Origin: an uncultured Ruminococcus sp.
GTDB taxonomy: Bacteria; Bacillota; Clostridia; Oscillospirales; CAG-272
DNA: 38,627 bases
Direction of reading: 5' to 3'
Assembly (NCBI GenBank): GCA_964588425.1
Contig: CAZPPN010000001.1
Location: forward strand, 1 to 38,627
The translations under genes were made by a program, and so were the position numbers. Positions 5,906 through 13,567 of this stretch are shown here, piece by piece. The notes below the pieces were generated by a model. The model did not search any database and was not told where the DNA came from. It saw nothing but the letters and a program-made list of their open reading frames with translations. Within the stretch, counting starts at the first letter, position 1, and each line of letters opens with the position of its first letter.

Positions 5906-6970
5906 GTGATTGTATCAAATATATTACTGTACGGCGGCATATATATATTATTTTGCGGTTTAATTATCGCACCTGAATTTTCATCTCCGGTGTGGTGGAT
6001 TTTGATGATAATTGGTGCTGTAATGATAATTATATCTCGTATATGTTATCGTTCCGCCAAAGAAAAAAAGGAAGCTGCGCTTCAAGCCCATCTTGATGCT
6101 ATTGAGAAAGTAAATCAAGCTCTCCGCGCCGCCGAAGAAGCAAAACGCCAAGCTCGTCTTGAGGCAGAAGCAGCCGAGCGTCAAGCCCGTATTGAGGCAG
6201 AAGCAGCCGAGCGTCAAGCCCGTCTTGAGGCAGAAGCAGCCGAGCGTCAAGCCCGTCTTGAGGTCTATCGGGAAGAGCTGCGACAAAAAGAAGAATATGA
6301 GCGTCTTGAACGCGAACGCTTTCGCGGATTGCTTCTTTCCATTCCGAAATACGATATTACGGTAAATCCCTCTGCCGCAAAACAAAATATCAATGTAAGT
6401 GATTTTTATTTGAACTACACATCTCTACGAAAAAACCTAAATTTATCACGTGTTTCCAGTTTTGTCGCAATCGATACGGAAACCACAGGGCTTGTTCCCG
6501 GCAAAAATAAGATAGTTCAAATTTCCGCTATCCGTTTTGAAGAATTCATACCGTCCGAGATATTCACTACATACATTAACCCGGGGTGTTCGATCCCCTT
6601 AGAAGCCACGGATATACATGGGATTACAGATGAAATGGTATCCGATGCACCTCATTTTGAATGTATATTAGATTCATTGGAAGAATTTATCGGGGCATCC
6701 ACTCTTGTCGGGCATAATCTTCAATTCGATCTGAAGTTTTTGAGAAAATTTGGGTATGACAGCTTTAAACTGAATCGTTCTTATTTCGACACTCTGACAC
6801 TTAGCCGATTATACGATGACATTAGCAGTCATAGACTTTACGATGTGTGTAAAAAACACGGTATATATTATACTGCTCACGATTCATCCGAAGATGCTCT
6901 TGCATCAGGTCTTCTGTTTAAAAAATACTTGAAGATGAAAATCGGAGAGTGGTACGAAAGGCAGATATAA
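5906..6970 (+). CDS. Membrane-anchored, coiled-coil, DEDDh 3'-5' exonuclease (DnaQ/epsilon-like domain)
   Basis: Two N-terminal TM helices, an (RLEAEAAERQA)n repeat, Exo I AIDTETTG, Exo II GHNLQFDLKFL, Exo III HDSSEDA. GTG start with GAGGA 8 nt upstream. Confidence 0.8.
   Translation: MIVSNILLYGGIYILFCGLIIAPEFSSPVWWILMIIGAVMIIISRICYRSAKEKKEAALQAHLDAIEKVNQALRAAEEAKRQARLEAEAAERQARIEAEAAERQARLEAEAAERQARLEVYREELRQKEEYERLERERFRGLLLSIPKYDITVNPSAAKQNINVSDFYLNYTSLRKNLNLSRVSSFVAIDTETTGLVPGKNKIVQISAIRFEEFIPSEIFTTYINPGCSIPLEATDIHGITDEMVSDAPHFECILDSLEEFIGASTLVGHNLQFDLKFLRKFGYDSFKLNRSYFDTLTLSRLYDDISSHRLYDVCKKHGIYYTAHDSSEDALASGLLFKKYLKMKIGEWYERQI
6154..6262. repeat. 33-bp tandem repeat x3.3 (cgtcttgaggcagaagcagccgagcgtcaagcc), coding for the coiled-coil spacer
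   Basis: Read directly. In frame; 11 aa per unit. Confidence 0.9.
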
Positions 6971-6972
6971 TC

Positions 6973-7068
6973 ATGGGACTTAAATTCCGCAAATCAATCA
7001 ACCTCGGCAAACACTTCCGAATAAATATCGGCAAAAACGGTATCGGATACAGCTACTGTGTAAACTGA
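6973..7068 (+). pseudogene. Truncated DUF4236-like ORF (31 aa, MGLKFRKSINLGKHFRINIGKNGIGYSYCVN)
   Basis: The N-terminal motif MGxxFRKSxxLG..RxNxxKxGxG resembles DUF4236 as I recall it. The ORF stops after 31 codons. Confidence 0.4.
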
Positions 7069-7082
7069 TTATTACACAAACC

Positions 7083-7112
7083 AAAAGAGACCCCCTCCAA
7101 GGTCTCTTTTTT
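7083..7112. terminator. Bidirectional rho-independent terminator
   Basis: AAAAGAGACC-ccctccaa-GGTCTCTTTTTT. Confidence 0.7.
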
Positions 7113-7119
7113 GTATGTA

Positions 7120-7245
7120 TTACTTTTTGAGCTTACGCTGTCTGTCTCTCACCCCCACCACAAAATGATATATCATTTTCAGCGATGCGCTGTCCATTGT
7201 GTATAGTATTCCGTTTATTCTCTCTATCCACTGTTCGTTTTCCAC
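7120..7245 (-). CDS. Possible small ORF (41 aa, MENEQWIERINGILYTMDSASLKMIYHFVVGVRDRQRKLKK)
   Basis: GTG preceded by AGGAGAAACAACG; ends at the bidirectional terminator. Confidence 0.3.
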   Translation of the reverse strand: MENEQWIERINGILYTMDSASLKMIYHFVVGVRDRQRKLKK

Positions 7246-7267
7246 CGTTGTTTCTCCTGTAAGATTA

Positions 7268-7296
7268 TTGATTTATGTGATTTTATATGATATAAT
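7268..7296 (+). promoter_or_regulatory. Consensus promoter TTGATT-17 nt-TATAAT
   Basis: Read directly. Drives a leader of about 280 nt ahead of the 7579 ORF. Confidence 0.6.
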
Positions 7297-7335
7297 ATGC
7301 TAAATAATCAAAATTTGCGATTCTCGAAAGGATTC

Positions 7336-7384
7336 CCGATCCCGCTCGTCCAACATCTTCCACAACCGGAGGACGAGCGGTCGG
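7336..7384 (+). promoter_or_regulatory. Strong leader hairpin (10-bp perfect stem ccgctcgtcc/ggacgagcgg, extended by ccga/tcgg)
   Basis: Read directly. A T-rich tract and a CCTCCC anti-SD-like element follow it. Confidence 0.5.
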
Positions 7385-7578
7385 TTACTTGCTTTCGTTT
7401 CCTCCCTTCCTTGTGACTATATTTTATCACGAAAGGATTGGAAATAACAGTGCCAAAATCAAATGATACTTTCCCACTTTCGCAGTCGGATAACCATGAG
7501 TTTGGGAATAACACTTACCTTGATAACGGGAATTTGGGAATAGATTCGGAAATCGCGGAAAAAAAGGAGAAATCGCTC

Positions 7579-8241
7579 ATGCAGCCTACTTCCAAAACGG
7601 ACATTGATGCCTTGATCCATGATCACGGTGAGGAAATCATTCAGTTCCTTCACGAAAAACAAAAAGAAAAAGACCTGTCAAACGCAGATCTTATGTTTAT
7701 CACCCGAATCCCTCAAACATCGTTCTACCGCATCTGGAACAACGAATCCGCGCGTCCTAACTCGGATCATATATGCCGCCTTTGCCTCGCGCTGGGTGTA
7801 TCCATAGACGAATTTAAGCGAGATCCCACAGAGGACTCGACCATCAAACTCCCCGCGCTTAAAGCCAATTCCCATGAGGAGATCATGACTAACATGGTCG
7901 AGGAATACACGCATCAGAAAGAAACTATTGCGGCACTTAACAATGAAATCGATGAGAAAAATACTAAGATAGCTGCACTTGAATCGGCACTCGCAGAAAA
8001 GAACGATGAATTACTGCAATTCCAGCGAAAATCATCCGATAGGATAAATAAACTGACGGATGCACTTTTAGAACGGCACGATCAGATGCATGAACTTAAC
8101 ATCCTTAACAATCGCCGTGTCGACGAGCTGGAAAAGGATCTGCACGCGAGATATGATTTGTTGTATAAATTGTTCAACAAGTTGACATCGCAGAATACCG
8201 ACACGCTAATGTCTTTGATAGATAAAAATGTAACCGAATAG
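7579..8241 (+). CDS. HTH plus long coiled-coil protein upstream of the integrase (regulator or possible recombination directionality factor)
   Basis: AAGGAGA 8 nt upstream of the ATG at 7579. HTH-like LSNADLMFITRIPQTSFYRIWN. C-terminal heptad-rich region. The track start at 7438 (TTG) has no usable RBS spacing. Confidence 0.65.
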   Translation: MQPTSKTDIDALIHDHGEEIIQFLHEKQKEKDLSNADLMFITRIPQTSFYRIWNNESARPNSDHICRLCLALGVSIDEFKRDPTEDSTIKLPALKANSHEEIMTNMVEEYTHQKETIAALNNEIDEKNTKIAALESALAEKNDELLQFQRKSSDRINKLTDALLERHDQMHELNILNNRRVDELEKDLHARYDLLYKLFNKLTSQNTDTLMSLIDKNVTE

Positions 8242-8254
8242 ATTCTAACGGGAA

Positions 8255-8292
8255 GATCGGAAGGATAACATTATATGGTAATTCTTCCGATC
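8255..8292. other. 9-bp perfect inverted repeat (gatcggaag N20 cttccgatc) between 8241 and the integrase start
   Basis: Read directly. No T-run follows, so it is not a typical terminator. Confidence 0.4.
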
Positions 8293-8320
8293 CGCTCAGA
8301 TCGTTTGAAGAGGATATGTT

Positions 8321-9880
8321 ATGTACGAAGAAAAGAAAGTACCGTTTAACAAGATCGTAGCATACTTACGAAAATCCCGCGCTGACGGGGATACGGAAAC
8401 CGTTGAGGAAGTATTGGCCAAGCATGAGAAAATCCTGCAGGAATATATGCTGAGATGCTATAATGCGGAACTTCCGCAGAAGTGCATTTTTCGTGAAATA
8501 ATGTCCGGTGAGACTATCGCGGCACGCCCTGTTGTTCAGCAAATTATCAGCATGATACAAGACGGCGTTGTTGAAGGCGTGTTTGTAGTCGATCTTCAGC
8601 GTCTCTCGCGTGGTGACTTGTCTGATGCAGGAGAGTTTTCGCGGCTCTTCCGTTATTCCGGCTGTTTGATAATCACCCCCGGCAGAACTTTCGATATCAC
8701 AGATGAGTATGATCGGAAATTTTTTGAAACAGAACTGATGCGCGGCAATGATTATCTCGAGTATACCAAAAAGATAATGCTTCGCGGTCGCATCCAGTCA
8801 ACAAAATCGGGAAATTATGTTGGATCTGTACCGCCATATGGCTATGACAAAACATTCGTTGATAAAAGATCTACTTTAATACCCAATCCTGTAGAAGCTG
8901 ATATCGTAAAATTAATATTTGATTTGTATACATCGGATATGAAATACGGTCCCCAACTGATTGCCAATAAGCTCAACGACATGGGATATAAAGCTCGAAA
9001 GGGCGATATTTGGACTCCATACGTTATCAAGGGAATCGTGGAAAATCCGGTTTACATCGGGAAAGTCGTGTGGAATCGCCGTAAAGCGGTTGCTGTGTAT
9101 CAAGACGGAAAACTTATAAAAAAGCGTCCGCGAAATCACGATTACATAATCGCAGACGGTATACATGAGCCATTAATAAGCGAGGAAACATTTAATAAGG
9201 CAAAGGATATTATTAAATCCCGTGCGCATCCGGCCAGCCGTACCGACCGAAAAAATGTTGTCAATCCGCTGCTCGGAATCCTCCATTGCCGATGTGGATA
9301 TGTTATGACATATAAGATTACGTATAGTGATCCTAATGTTTCTCCTGTCTATATGTGTCCTCGCGGCGGAAAGTTGTGTGATTGCCGTGGCGCACTTGTA
9401 GATCGGGTGATAGAAGAATTGTATAATGCACTCAACTCAACTCTCGTTAAACTCAAAATCGAGCTTGCTGAGGATGGCGGAGCAGTACCTGATTCTGCTA
9501 CAGTGCTGATCGATGCGTATAATAAAGAACTTGCGGACCTAAAGAAACAACAATCAAGATTATACGATCTTCTTGAAAAAGGTATTTACAGCGAGGATAT
9601 ATTTATAGAACGAAGCAAACTGTTAAAAGAACGCCATGAAAAAATAACTTCAGAACTGACCGAATTAACAAGTGTTGTAAAAAGCGATGCTGACCGTCAA
9701 CTCTTTGTAACAAATCTCGAAAAGTGTGTGAAAATTCTGAAAGATTCCTCTATTGAGCCGGAAGAAAAGAATGTACTATTGAAAACGATCATAAACCGAA
9801 TAGAATATTCACGCGATAAATCAAGCCGAAGAAAATATGATGATACACCAATTACACTAAAGGTATATTATAATATATGA
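8321..9880 (+). CDS. int: Large serine recombinase (phage integrase)
   Basis: N-terminal resolvase catalytic motif VAYLRKSRADGD. 519 aa with recombinase domain, Cys-rich zinc-ribbon region (CRCG...CPRGG..CDC) and C-terminal coiled coil. Confidence 0.9.
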   Translation: MYEEKKVPFNKIVAYLRKSRADGDTETVEEVLAKHEKILQEYMLRCYNAELPQKCIFREIMSGETIAARPVVQQIISMIQDGVVEGVFVVDLQRLSRGDLSDAGEFSRLFRYSGCLIITPGRTFDITDEYDRKFFETELMRGNDYLEYTKKIMLRGRIQSTKSGNYVGSVPPYGYDKTFVDKRSTLIPNPVEADIVKLIFDLYTSDMKYGPQLIANKLNDMGYKARKGDIWTPYVIKGIVENPVYIGKVVWNRRKAVAVYQDGKLIKKRPRNHDYIIADGIHEPLISEETFNKAKDIIKSRAHPASRTDRKNVVNPLLGILHCRCGYVMTYKITYSDPNVSPVYMCPRGGKLCDCRGALVDRVIEELYNALNSTLVKLKIELAEDGGAVPDSATVLIDAYNKELADLKKQQSRLYDLLEKGIYSEDIFIERSKLLKERHEKITSELTELTSVVKSDADRQLFVTNLEKCVKILKDSSIEPEEKNVLLKTIINRIEYSRDKSSRRKYDDTPITLKVYYNI

Positions 9881-9903
9881 TTATTTAGTTCTATCCTGAC
9901 TTC

Positions 9904-9941
9904 CAACATCAAGGTACTGAAGAATTTGCTCCATGATGTTG
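9904..9941. other. Candidate attP core: caacatca N22 tgatgttg
   Basis: 8-bp inverted repeat 24 nt downstream of the int stop, in the int/cargo intergenic region. Confidence 0.3.
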
Positions 9942-9965
9942 ATAGTGATAAAAACGCACAAAAAA

Positions 9966-9990
9966 GCAGAGGATTGACTCCCCTGCTTTT
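9966..9990. terminator. Weak bidirectional terminator
   Basis: gcagagg/cccctgc stem (one mismatch) flanked by an A-run and a T-run. Confidence 0.4.
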
Positions 9991-9999
9991 ACTTATGCC

Positions 10000-10311
10000 C
10001 TACATTTTTGCAAACATATTCTGCAGTACCGCGATCTCCTCCGCCTCCTCAATGTGCTCTCCATGCTTGTATTCCCATACAGCAAGCATAGCTGCCGGAG
10101 GCTCGCCATTCTTCGCGCGGTACTCTTTGATCATCTTAACCACTTCGCCGTGCAGCATATTCATGTGCTTCATCTCGTCCTGTGACAGCGCATTGTATAT
10201 TCCGGCAAGCGCAGGATGTTCGTCCTTTTCTTTGAGCGCACACTCGGCGTATTTCCTCGCATCGGCTAATTCTTCATCGATCATCTCCGCGAGCTTTTTA
10301 ATGATCGTCAT
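10000..10311 (-). CDS. Ferritin-like/four-helix small protein, unknown function
   Basis: GGAGGAAAA precedes the ATG. Paired acidic-His helices (DEELADARKY...SQDEMKHMNMLH). Confidence 0.6.
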   Translation of the reverse strand: MTIIKKLAEMIDEELADARKYAECALKEKDEHPALAGIYNALSQDEMKHMNMLHGEVVKMIKEYRAKNGEPPAAMLAVWEYKHGEHIEEAEEIAVLQNMFAKM

Positions 10312-10505
10312 TTTTCCTCCTTTTCATTCGGCTCATGCGCCGCATTGCAGTCAGGCTTCTTCAGATAATTCTGCATGACCTTTTTGCCGACTTTGACAGC
10401 CGCATCGGACATTTTGTTCCCCAAAGTACGCCCCTCGTCAGTCAGTGCCAGATAGCCTAAAGCAAAGCCGATAAGCATATCTATCCCTCCGCGTGTTCTT
10501 CCCAT
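10308..10505 (-). CDS. Small protein with N-terminal hydrophobic helix (YtxH-like appearance)
   Basis: 65-aa ORF; 4-nt overlap with the downstream gene. Confidence 0.5.
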   Translation of the reverse strand: MGRTRGGIDMLIGFALGYLALTDEGRTLGNKMSDAAVKVGKKVMQNYLKKPDCNAAHEPNEKEEK

Positions 10506-10516
10506 AACGCTCTGCC

Positions 10517-10915
10517 TCAGCGGATCTTCTCAACCGAAATGATAAGATTGCTCATCACTCCGGCTGCGCTCGTTTCGAATTTCAAACGTGCAAGCGAGCC
10601 GACAAGGGTTGAAACGCGCACGTTCTTTTCGATCACATACGTTGCTTCCTGCGTTGCCGCTGTCGTTTCAAATGCCGAGAGCATTCCCGGAACTGCCGTT
10701 GTCCCCGTATATCCACTGACAGTCACAAGCCCCGCCGCAGTTGCCGCAAAAACAGCCTGCATGAATACCTTGTAAATGCCGGGCTGCAGAAAAATGATCT
10801 CACCCGTACCCGCATCATAACCCAGCATCGCGGAGTTTGTGTTGAAATCCACTCCGGCAGGCAGTACCTCTCCCGCCGTAAGCGCGACCGTACCTGTATT
10901 AATAAGCTGTAACAT
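10517..10915 (-). CDS. BclA C-terminal-domain-like (C1q/TNF-like jelly-roll) protein without a collagen stalk
   Basis: AGGAGGAAAAT precedes the ATG at 10915. Pattern ...F.QPGIYKV......A.......V....G..VPG.......... ending ..NLIISVEKI resembles exosporium BclA-CTD as I recall it. Confidence 0.5.
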   Translation of the reverse strand: MLQLINTGTVALTAGEVLPAGVDFNTNSAMLGYDAGTGEIIFLQPGIYKVFMQAVFAATAAGLVTVSGYTGTTAVPGMLSAFETTAATQEATYVIEKNVRVSTLVGSLARLKFETSAAGVMSNLIISVEKIR

Positions 10916-11015
10916 ATTTTCCTCCTGTTGTTTTTGTGTTAAATTAAAGCGGGAGGATGACATCAGCCACCCTCCCGAAATTGTTCGGATGCCTTAACGC
11001 ACCACTTTTTTCGTT

Positions 11016-11543
11016 TTATGCGATGACCGTACCGCCATAGCCGTAGCCATAGCCATTGTAGCCAAACGCATTCGCCGGAACGATCTGACCGCCGCAAGTA
11101 GCAGCCACACCGGAAAGCGCAGGCTTAGTGAGCATACGCCCCTCGATACCGTCCAAACGGCGGTTGAATTCGCAGCAGCAGTCACCGAGCTGCTTGGAAA
11201 GACCGTTGAACATTGTGTCACTGTAAATGCGGTTTTCGAGAACCATGTTCTTGCCGCGTTCCTGTGCGAGCTGGTCACGCAGATTCTGATATTCGTAGAA
11301 ATCGATCTTTGTGCCGAGGTAATCCTGCGTGTTGTGCGATGTGGTCTCGATAAGATACTGCGTTCTCGCGGAATCGATAATGCCCTGACGTTCTACCTCG
11401 CAGTTGGATACGCGGCCGCAGCCATTGTCATTCCAACCGCGATTCTGATTGCCGAAGCCGAAGCCACCGCCGAAAATCGCCCAGATCACAATGATCACGA
11501 ATAAAATCGGGAACCAACCCATTCCGCTCATTGTTTCATTCAT
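11016..11543 (-). CDS. N-terminally membrane-anchored protein with Gly-rich linker, CCC motif and GYGYGYGG tail; unknown function
   Basis: TM segment GWFPILFVIIVIWAIFGG. GAGGTG 8 nt upstream of the ATG. Confidence 0.65.
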   Translation of the reverse strand: MNETMSGMGWFPILFVIIVIWAIFGGGFGFGNQNRGWNDNGCGRVSNCEVERQGIIDSARTQYLIETTSHNTQDYLGTKIDFYEYQNLRDQLAQERGKNMVLENRIYSDTMFNGLSKQLGDCCCEFNRRLDGIEGRMLTKPALSGVAATCGGQIVPANAFGYNGYGYGYGGTVIA

Positions 11544-11589
11544 TCATTCTTCACCTCACTTTTTTGATAAAATATATTAACTCACACGC

Positions 11590-11949
11590 CTATTTGAGAC
11601 GTGGGAATTTCTTTGTTTCATTGCCGGAAACATTCGTGCCGTTCGCGTTCCCGGACCGAGTCCGCTGTACACCGTTACCGCCGACAATTCGTTCCGCGTC
11701 AGCTTTCAATGCCTCCGGAGTAGTGCCGAGCATACCGCAGACAATGCGCGCCTGACTTGTGTTTCCGTATTTTGTGTAAAATTTCCGGATAAATTCACTG
11801 TCAATGCCGAGATTCGCCGCAGCTTTTGCCACGCCTTCCAACGTGTCCGGAACACCGTTCATTGCCTCCTGCGCTTTATTCACCGCCTGCCCCAGATTCA
11901 CGGACGGAAACATCTTTGCTATGCTTTGCAGAATTGCATTCATATCCAC
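11590..11949 (-). CDS. Hypothetical protein
   Basis: GTG start with AAGGAGA 9 nt upstream; 119 aa. Confidence 0.55.
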   Translation of the reverse strand: MDMNAILQSIAKMFPSVNLGQAVNKAQEAMNGVPDTLEGVAKAAANLGIDSEFIRKFYTKYGNTSQARIVCGMLGTTPEALKADAERIVGGNGVQRTRSGNANGTNVSGNETKKFPRLK

Positions 11950-12250
11950 TGTTCTTCATCTCCTTTATTTCGGAAGTCAAAGCGGCAATGACAGCCGCCA
12001 TGTCACTCATATTTTTCTGCATTTCCTTAACCATTTCTTCCGGCGTCTTCGGTGCTTCGATCACACCCAGCTCCACCAGCTTGTTGTAATATTCCGTGGC
12101 TGTCGATTCAAGCTCACCGTATGCCGCCATGGTCTTGCCTACTATCTTCCGCGTGCCCATGTAATCGACCTGTATGATGTTATCGCCGTCAATAAAGCAC
12201 GTGAGCATATTGGTCGCGGAAAACCCCTGAAATGCATACGTTTCCCCCAT
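11876..12250 (-). CDS. Hypothetical protein
   Basis: GGAAGGAGGGGAATCCC precedes the ATG. An extended -10 (TGGTATAAT) lies upstream. The 3' end overlaps the next gene by 74 nt. Confidence 0.6.
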   Translation of the reverse strand: MGETYAFQGFSATNMLTCFIDGDNIIQVDYMGTRKIVGKTMAAYGELESTATEYYNKLVELGVIEAPKTPEEMVKEMQKNMSDMAAVIAALTSEIKEMKNSGYECNSAKHSKDVSVRESGAGGE

Positions 12251-12379
12251 GGGATTCCCCTCCTTCCTTCCGGGATCTCGCTTTCCCTTTCCTGTGACTG
12301 TATTATACCACGGTATATATTCACGGAAATGTCAACAAAAGGACAGAAATATGACACCGGAACGCAGACAAATACAAAA

Positions 12380-12405
12380 AACCGGATGTGAAATTCCGGT
12401 TTTCT
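12380..12405. terminator. Bidirectional rho-independent terminator
   Basis: aaccgga-tgtgaaat-tccggtt flanked by A6 and TTTCTT. Confidence 0.6.
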
Positions 12406-12412
12406 TCTGTGT

Positions 12413-12658
12413 TTACTTGTATTTCTCTACTATTGCCGCCAGTACAAGCATCGCCTTGCGGTAGTGCCTGTCAACAGTCCGTGTATCCATCCTCTTATCA
12501 AGTGCTATCTCGACTCTGCTCTGACGCTTCACCCAAACGCGCCTCAGTATGTCAAGATCATCAGCCGAAAGATCACAGCGTTCTATGTATGCCTCTTTCT
12601 GTCCACGCTCTTTTAGTGATATAACAATATCGGTTGCTCGGCGCAGATCATCTTTCAT
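12413..12658 (-). CDS. Small sigma-70 region-4-like HTH regulator
   Basis: DLDILRRVWVKRQSRVEIALDKRMDTRTVDRHYRKAM. ATG at 12658 lies 9 nt after GGGGAG. Confidence 0.55.
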   Translation of the reverse strand: MKDDLRRATDIVISLKERGQKEAYIERCDLSADDLDILRRVWVKRQSRVEIALDKRMDTRTVDRHYRKAMLVLAAIVEKYK

Positions 12659-12664
12659 AGGCAA

Positions 12665-12934
12665 TTACTCCCCGGCAGACTCTTTATTTTCACTGTCACT
12701 CGGACTGTCACTCGGTTCGGGGAAATTGACGTTAATCGGCACACTCGCCGCCGCGTCGATCTTTGCTTCTCCGAAGATGTACGCCACCACGGATGCGGCT
12801 GACGTTACAATACCGGCGATCTGCGTGTATTCGCTTGATTCGATGCCGAAAGCCGCCGCCAGTCCAACGACCACACCGACCAGCGCAGCCCACAGCTTGC
12901 GTGATTTGAGTTTTTCGAGAATTGTTCTGTTCAT
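12665..12934 (-). CDS. Holin-like two-TM protein (SPP1-holin-like N-terminus)
   Basis: KLKSRKLWAALVGVVVGLAAAFG plus a second TM IAGIVTSAASVVAYIFG and an acidic tail. AAAGGAGG precedes the ATG. Confidence 0.5.
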   Translation of the reverse strand: MNRTILEKLKSRKLWAALVGVVVGLAAAFGIESSEYTQIAGIVTSAASVVAYIFGEAKIDAAASVPINVNFPEPSDSPSDSENKESAGE

Positions 12935-13010
12935 ATTGAACCTCCTTTGAATTTTTGGGGATTTTTATTGGATTTTTTGTGTATTCCATTTGTTTTTTAT
13001 GGTATACGGT

Positions 13011-13039
13011 TTGACTTTTTAATAAATATCTGCTATAAT
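13011..13039 (+). promoter_or_regulatory. Consensus promoter TTGACT-17 nt-TATAAT for the PanA operon
   Basis: Read directly. Confidence 0.65.
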
Positions 13040-13124
13040 GTAATTGCAGGCAGCAGTGTACTGTTTAAGATAATATCTATACTATTGCATACACTAAATA
13101 ATAACGCATAAGGAGGAGTTGATC

Positions 13125-13565
13125 ATGGCTGCAATTATTGATGTTGCAAAATATATTTTGGAGCAGAATGGCGAAATGTCCACGATGAAGCTCCAAAAAC
13201 TCTGTTATTATTCTCAGGCATGGTCTCTTGTTTGGGATGACGTACCGCTTTTTGATGAGGATTTTGAAGCATGGGCAAACGGTCCGGTGTGTCCCGATCT
13301 TTTCAAACTGCATAAGGGAATGTTCAGCATAACATCAGATTCCGCCGTTCTTGAAAAAGCAAATTCAAACCGCATCGGAGATACTGCACGGGAAACAATA
13401 AACAGCGTTCTTGAATTCTACGGCAGCAAAAGTGCACAATGGCTCAGTTCACTCACACACCTTGAAGACCCGTGGAAAAATGCCCGTGAAAATGTAGCTG
13501 ACGGAGAGCATTGCTCGAATATCATAACAAAAGAATCAATGATGATGTATTATTCAGCTCTTTAA
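13125..13565 (+). CDS. Panacea-domain (DUF4065, SocA/GepA/PanA-type) antitoxin-like protein
   Basis: MKLQKLCYYSQAWSLVWDDVPLFDEDFEAWANGPVCPDLF is the hallmark motif. AAGGAGGAG precedes the ATG. Confidence 0.85.
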   Translation: MAAIIDVAKYILEQNGEMSTMKLQKLCYYSQAWSLVWDDVPLFDEDFEAWANGPVCPDLFKLHKGMFSITSDSAVLEKANSNRIGDTARETINSVLEFYGSKSAQWLSSLTHLEDPWKNARENVADGEHCSNIITKESMMMYYSAL

Positions 13566-13567
13566 TT

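Noticed and set aside
6154-6262. 33-bp tandem repeat as a CRISPR-like or ncRNA element (with ORFs 5981..6385 minus and 6159..6365 plus)
   Set aside because: The repeat is in frame inside the exonuclease gene, where it encodes an 11-aa coiled-coil unit. The other two ORFs are repeat-generated shadow frames.
7438-7578. N-terminal extension of the HTH/coiled-coil ORF from the TTG at 7438
   Set aside because: The AAGGA abuts the TTG with no spacer, while a strong AAGGAGA sits 8 nt before the ATG at 7579. The stretch is treated as leader, but it is open in frame, so a GTG start at 7450 cannot be excluded.
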